A model generated the notes under the pieces. That model was not told the DNA's origin. It was given only the letters and a program-made list of their open reading frames with translations, and did not search any database. From the sequence record MK054204.1: a DNA stretch of 17,195 nt. One strand, written 5' to 3'. Positions within the stretch are counted from its first letter, which is position 1. Each line of letters opens with the position of its first letter. The translations under genes were made by a program, and so were the position numbers. This document shows, piece after piece, positions 16,134-17,195 of the stretch.

Positions 16134-16637
16134 TTATGAAGATTTGTAAAGTTTCCTTACCAACGCCCCGCCGTTGCTTCCAATAACATACTCCAGCTTT
16201 ATGATATCGCCCTCCTTAATCTTACCCGCATTAACGTTTTTCCTTATAAATTCATAGCTCCCGGGAGATAGTCTGATTATCACACCATCGTTACCCCTTT
16301 CCTCCATTATCTTTGCCAATTCATCGGCACTGTAGACTTTGGGGATTAGATCCTTGCCTATTACCCTACCCGTCTTCGGGTCTTTTTTAGGAACCTCTTC
16401 CTTGTTAACAACATCGGAGAACATCCCTTCAAGCGGAATTGCTACCATTTCGTAACGTATTGTCTTAAACTGTTTTCCGTCCTTGGTTGTTCCCGTTATT
16501 TCCCTAGGTTCCAACAAACTCTTGAATTGTACTATGGCTTCACCGTAAGAGCCGTCCTCTGACGTTGGTGCTAACTTCACGACCAGAGTAGGTTGCCTTT
16601 CATCTATCTCTTGGAAATTAAACTTCATCTCTTTCAT
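16134..16637 (-). CDS. Hypothetical protein, possible OB-fold ssDNA-binding protein
   Basis: 167 aa, beta-rich, C-terminal GKIKEGDIIKLEY; ATGA-coupled to the RHH gene. The function is inference only. Confidence 0.6.
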   Translation of the reverse strand: MKEMKFNFQEIDERQPTLVVKLAPTSEDGSYGEAIVQFKSLLEPREITGTTKDGKQFKTIRYEMVAIPLEGMFSDVVNKEEVPKKDPKTGRVIGKDLIPKVYSADELAKIMEERGNDGVIIRLSPGSYEFIRKNVNAGKIKEGDIIKLEYVIGSNGGALVRKLYKSS

Positions 16638-16828
16638 GCCTTAGCACCTCCTACTGCTTTCGCCACTTCGGCTTTCTCTTTTGAAATATACCCCCTTGCG
16701 AGGGCTTGTTTGATCAAAAAAATAATTACTTCTTGTCTTGATTCCCACCCCTCAGATTTCCATAATTGATCGAATGTTTGAAGGATGGGTTTTTCCACCT
16801 TTACGGTTATTATGATTGTCTGTTCCAT
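16634..16828 (-). CDS. Ribbon-helix-helix (CopG-like) regulator
   Basis: ATG at 16828 after GAGGAG; IIITVKVEKPILQTFDQLWKSEGWESRQEVIIFLIKQAL fits the RHH pattern. Confidence 0.8.
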   Translation of the reverse strand: MEQTIIITVKVEKPILQTFDQLWKSEGWESRQEVIIFLIKQALARGYISKEKAEVAKAVGGAKA

Positions 16829-16832
16829 TTCT

Positions 16833-16900
16833 CCTCTATGTACGATATACACAATACAAGTATATAAACTTTATGCTATATGTATGACGTACATATAGCA
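16833..16900 (-). promoter_or_regulatory. Early promoter of the replication-like operon, paralog of the T6-like promoter
   Basis: AAAG-TTTATATA box flanked by TATGTACG (16837-16844)/CGTACATA (16888-16895). Confidence 0.8.
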
Positions 16901-16950
16901 CATTTTGCCGTCTTCTTTCAATTCGTCGCAAATCACGGCAAAAATTAACG

Positions 16951-16984
16951 GGTTGCCAATGCTTATAAACATGTTTTGGCAACC
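16951..16984 (+). promoter_or_regulatory. Putative int promoter flanked by a 9-bp inverted repeat
   Basis: TTATAAAC at 16963-16970 between GGTTGCCAA (16951-16959) and TTGGCAACC (16976-16984); TTG start at 17003. Confidence 0.6.
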
Positions 16985-17002
16985 ATAATACAGTGAGAGG
17001 TT

Positions 17003-17195
17003 TTGGGCGAAAAGCAACGTAGATATAAATTCGGCGATTATCTCTTGAGGGAAAGAAAAGGCCGGTATTACGTCTATAAGTTGGAAACGATAAACGGTGA
17101 GATAAAGGAGCGTTACGTTGGCCCTTTAACTGACGTTGTTGAANCNTATCTAAAAGAAAAAGAGGGGGTATTAGGGGGATTCCTCCCCCTAACAA
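17003..17195 (+). CDS. int: SSV-type integrase, N-terminal part int(N); not in the ORF track
   Basis: TTG start after GTGAGAGG; [47 protein letters not shown] resembles the SSV1 integrase N-terminus; 193 nt plus bases 1-2 restore the frame into int(C). Confidence 0.93.
   Translation, partial: MGEKQRRYKFGDYLLRERKGRYYVYKLETINGEIKERYVGPLTDVVEXYLKEKEGVLGGFLPLT
17171..17192. repeat. 9-bp hairpin immediately before att
   Basis: TTAGGGGGA-TTCC-TCCCCCTAA. Confidence 0.8.

Larger units (their letters stand above)
1..17195. mobile_element. Complete fusellovirus (SSV-like) genome/provirus linearised at att
   Basis: tRNA-derived att at 1-44; integrase split across the window ends and in frame on circularisation; VP1/VP3/VP4 and SSV core genes in conserved order. 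Confidence 0.97.

Noticed and set aside
12785-16139. Plus-strand ORFs 12785-12994, 15551-15757 and 15924-16139
   Set aside because: Antisense to the helicase operon; shadow ORFs
16836-17195. 119-aa minus-strand ORF
   Set aside because: Antisense to the clearly recognisable int(N) and runs through two promoters; no start context

Overview
The window is an apparently complete 17,195-bp fusellovirus (Sulfolobus spindle-shaped virus, SSV-like) genome or provirus, opened exactly at its att site. Bases 1-44 are the 3' half of an archaeal tRNA-Arg(GCG). The SSV-type tyrosine integrase is split into int(N) (17003-17195) and int(C) (1-842), which join in frame when the ends are circularised (344 aa). 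The minus strand carries the fusellovirus core in SSV1 order: A100, C80, A79, A45, C102, Cas4-like nuclease, B129; a secreted A291-position protein and a C124-like membrane protein; VP4 (C792), B78, C166, B115, VP1, VP3 (no VP2); A82, C84/A92, B277, A154 and the B251 ATPase. The early region holds a replication-like operon: RHH regulator, possible OB-fold protein, XPD/Rad3-family SF2 helicase and a 681-aa MCM-like AAA+ protein. Three observations stand out. (i) The secreted 302-aa protein shows glutamic-peptidase (G1) motifs with a Q113/E197 dyad and sits next to a separately transcribed small membrane protein, a candidate protease toxin/immunity cassette. (ii) A 148-bp symmetric, iteron-rich structure lies inside the MCM-like gene, a candidate origin. 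(iii) Two 63-bp paralogous early promoters share operator-like inverted repeats. Homolog names come from recalled similarity and synteny, not from a database search. Scattered Ns indicate a consensus sequence; one of them probably causes an artefactual frameshift in cas4.
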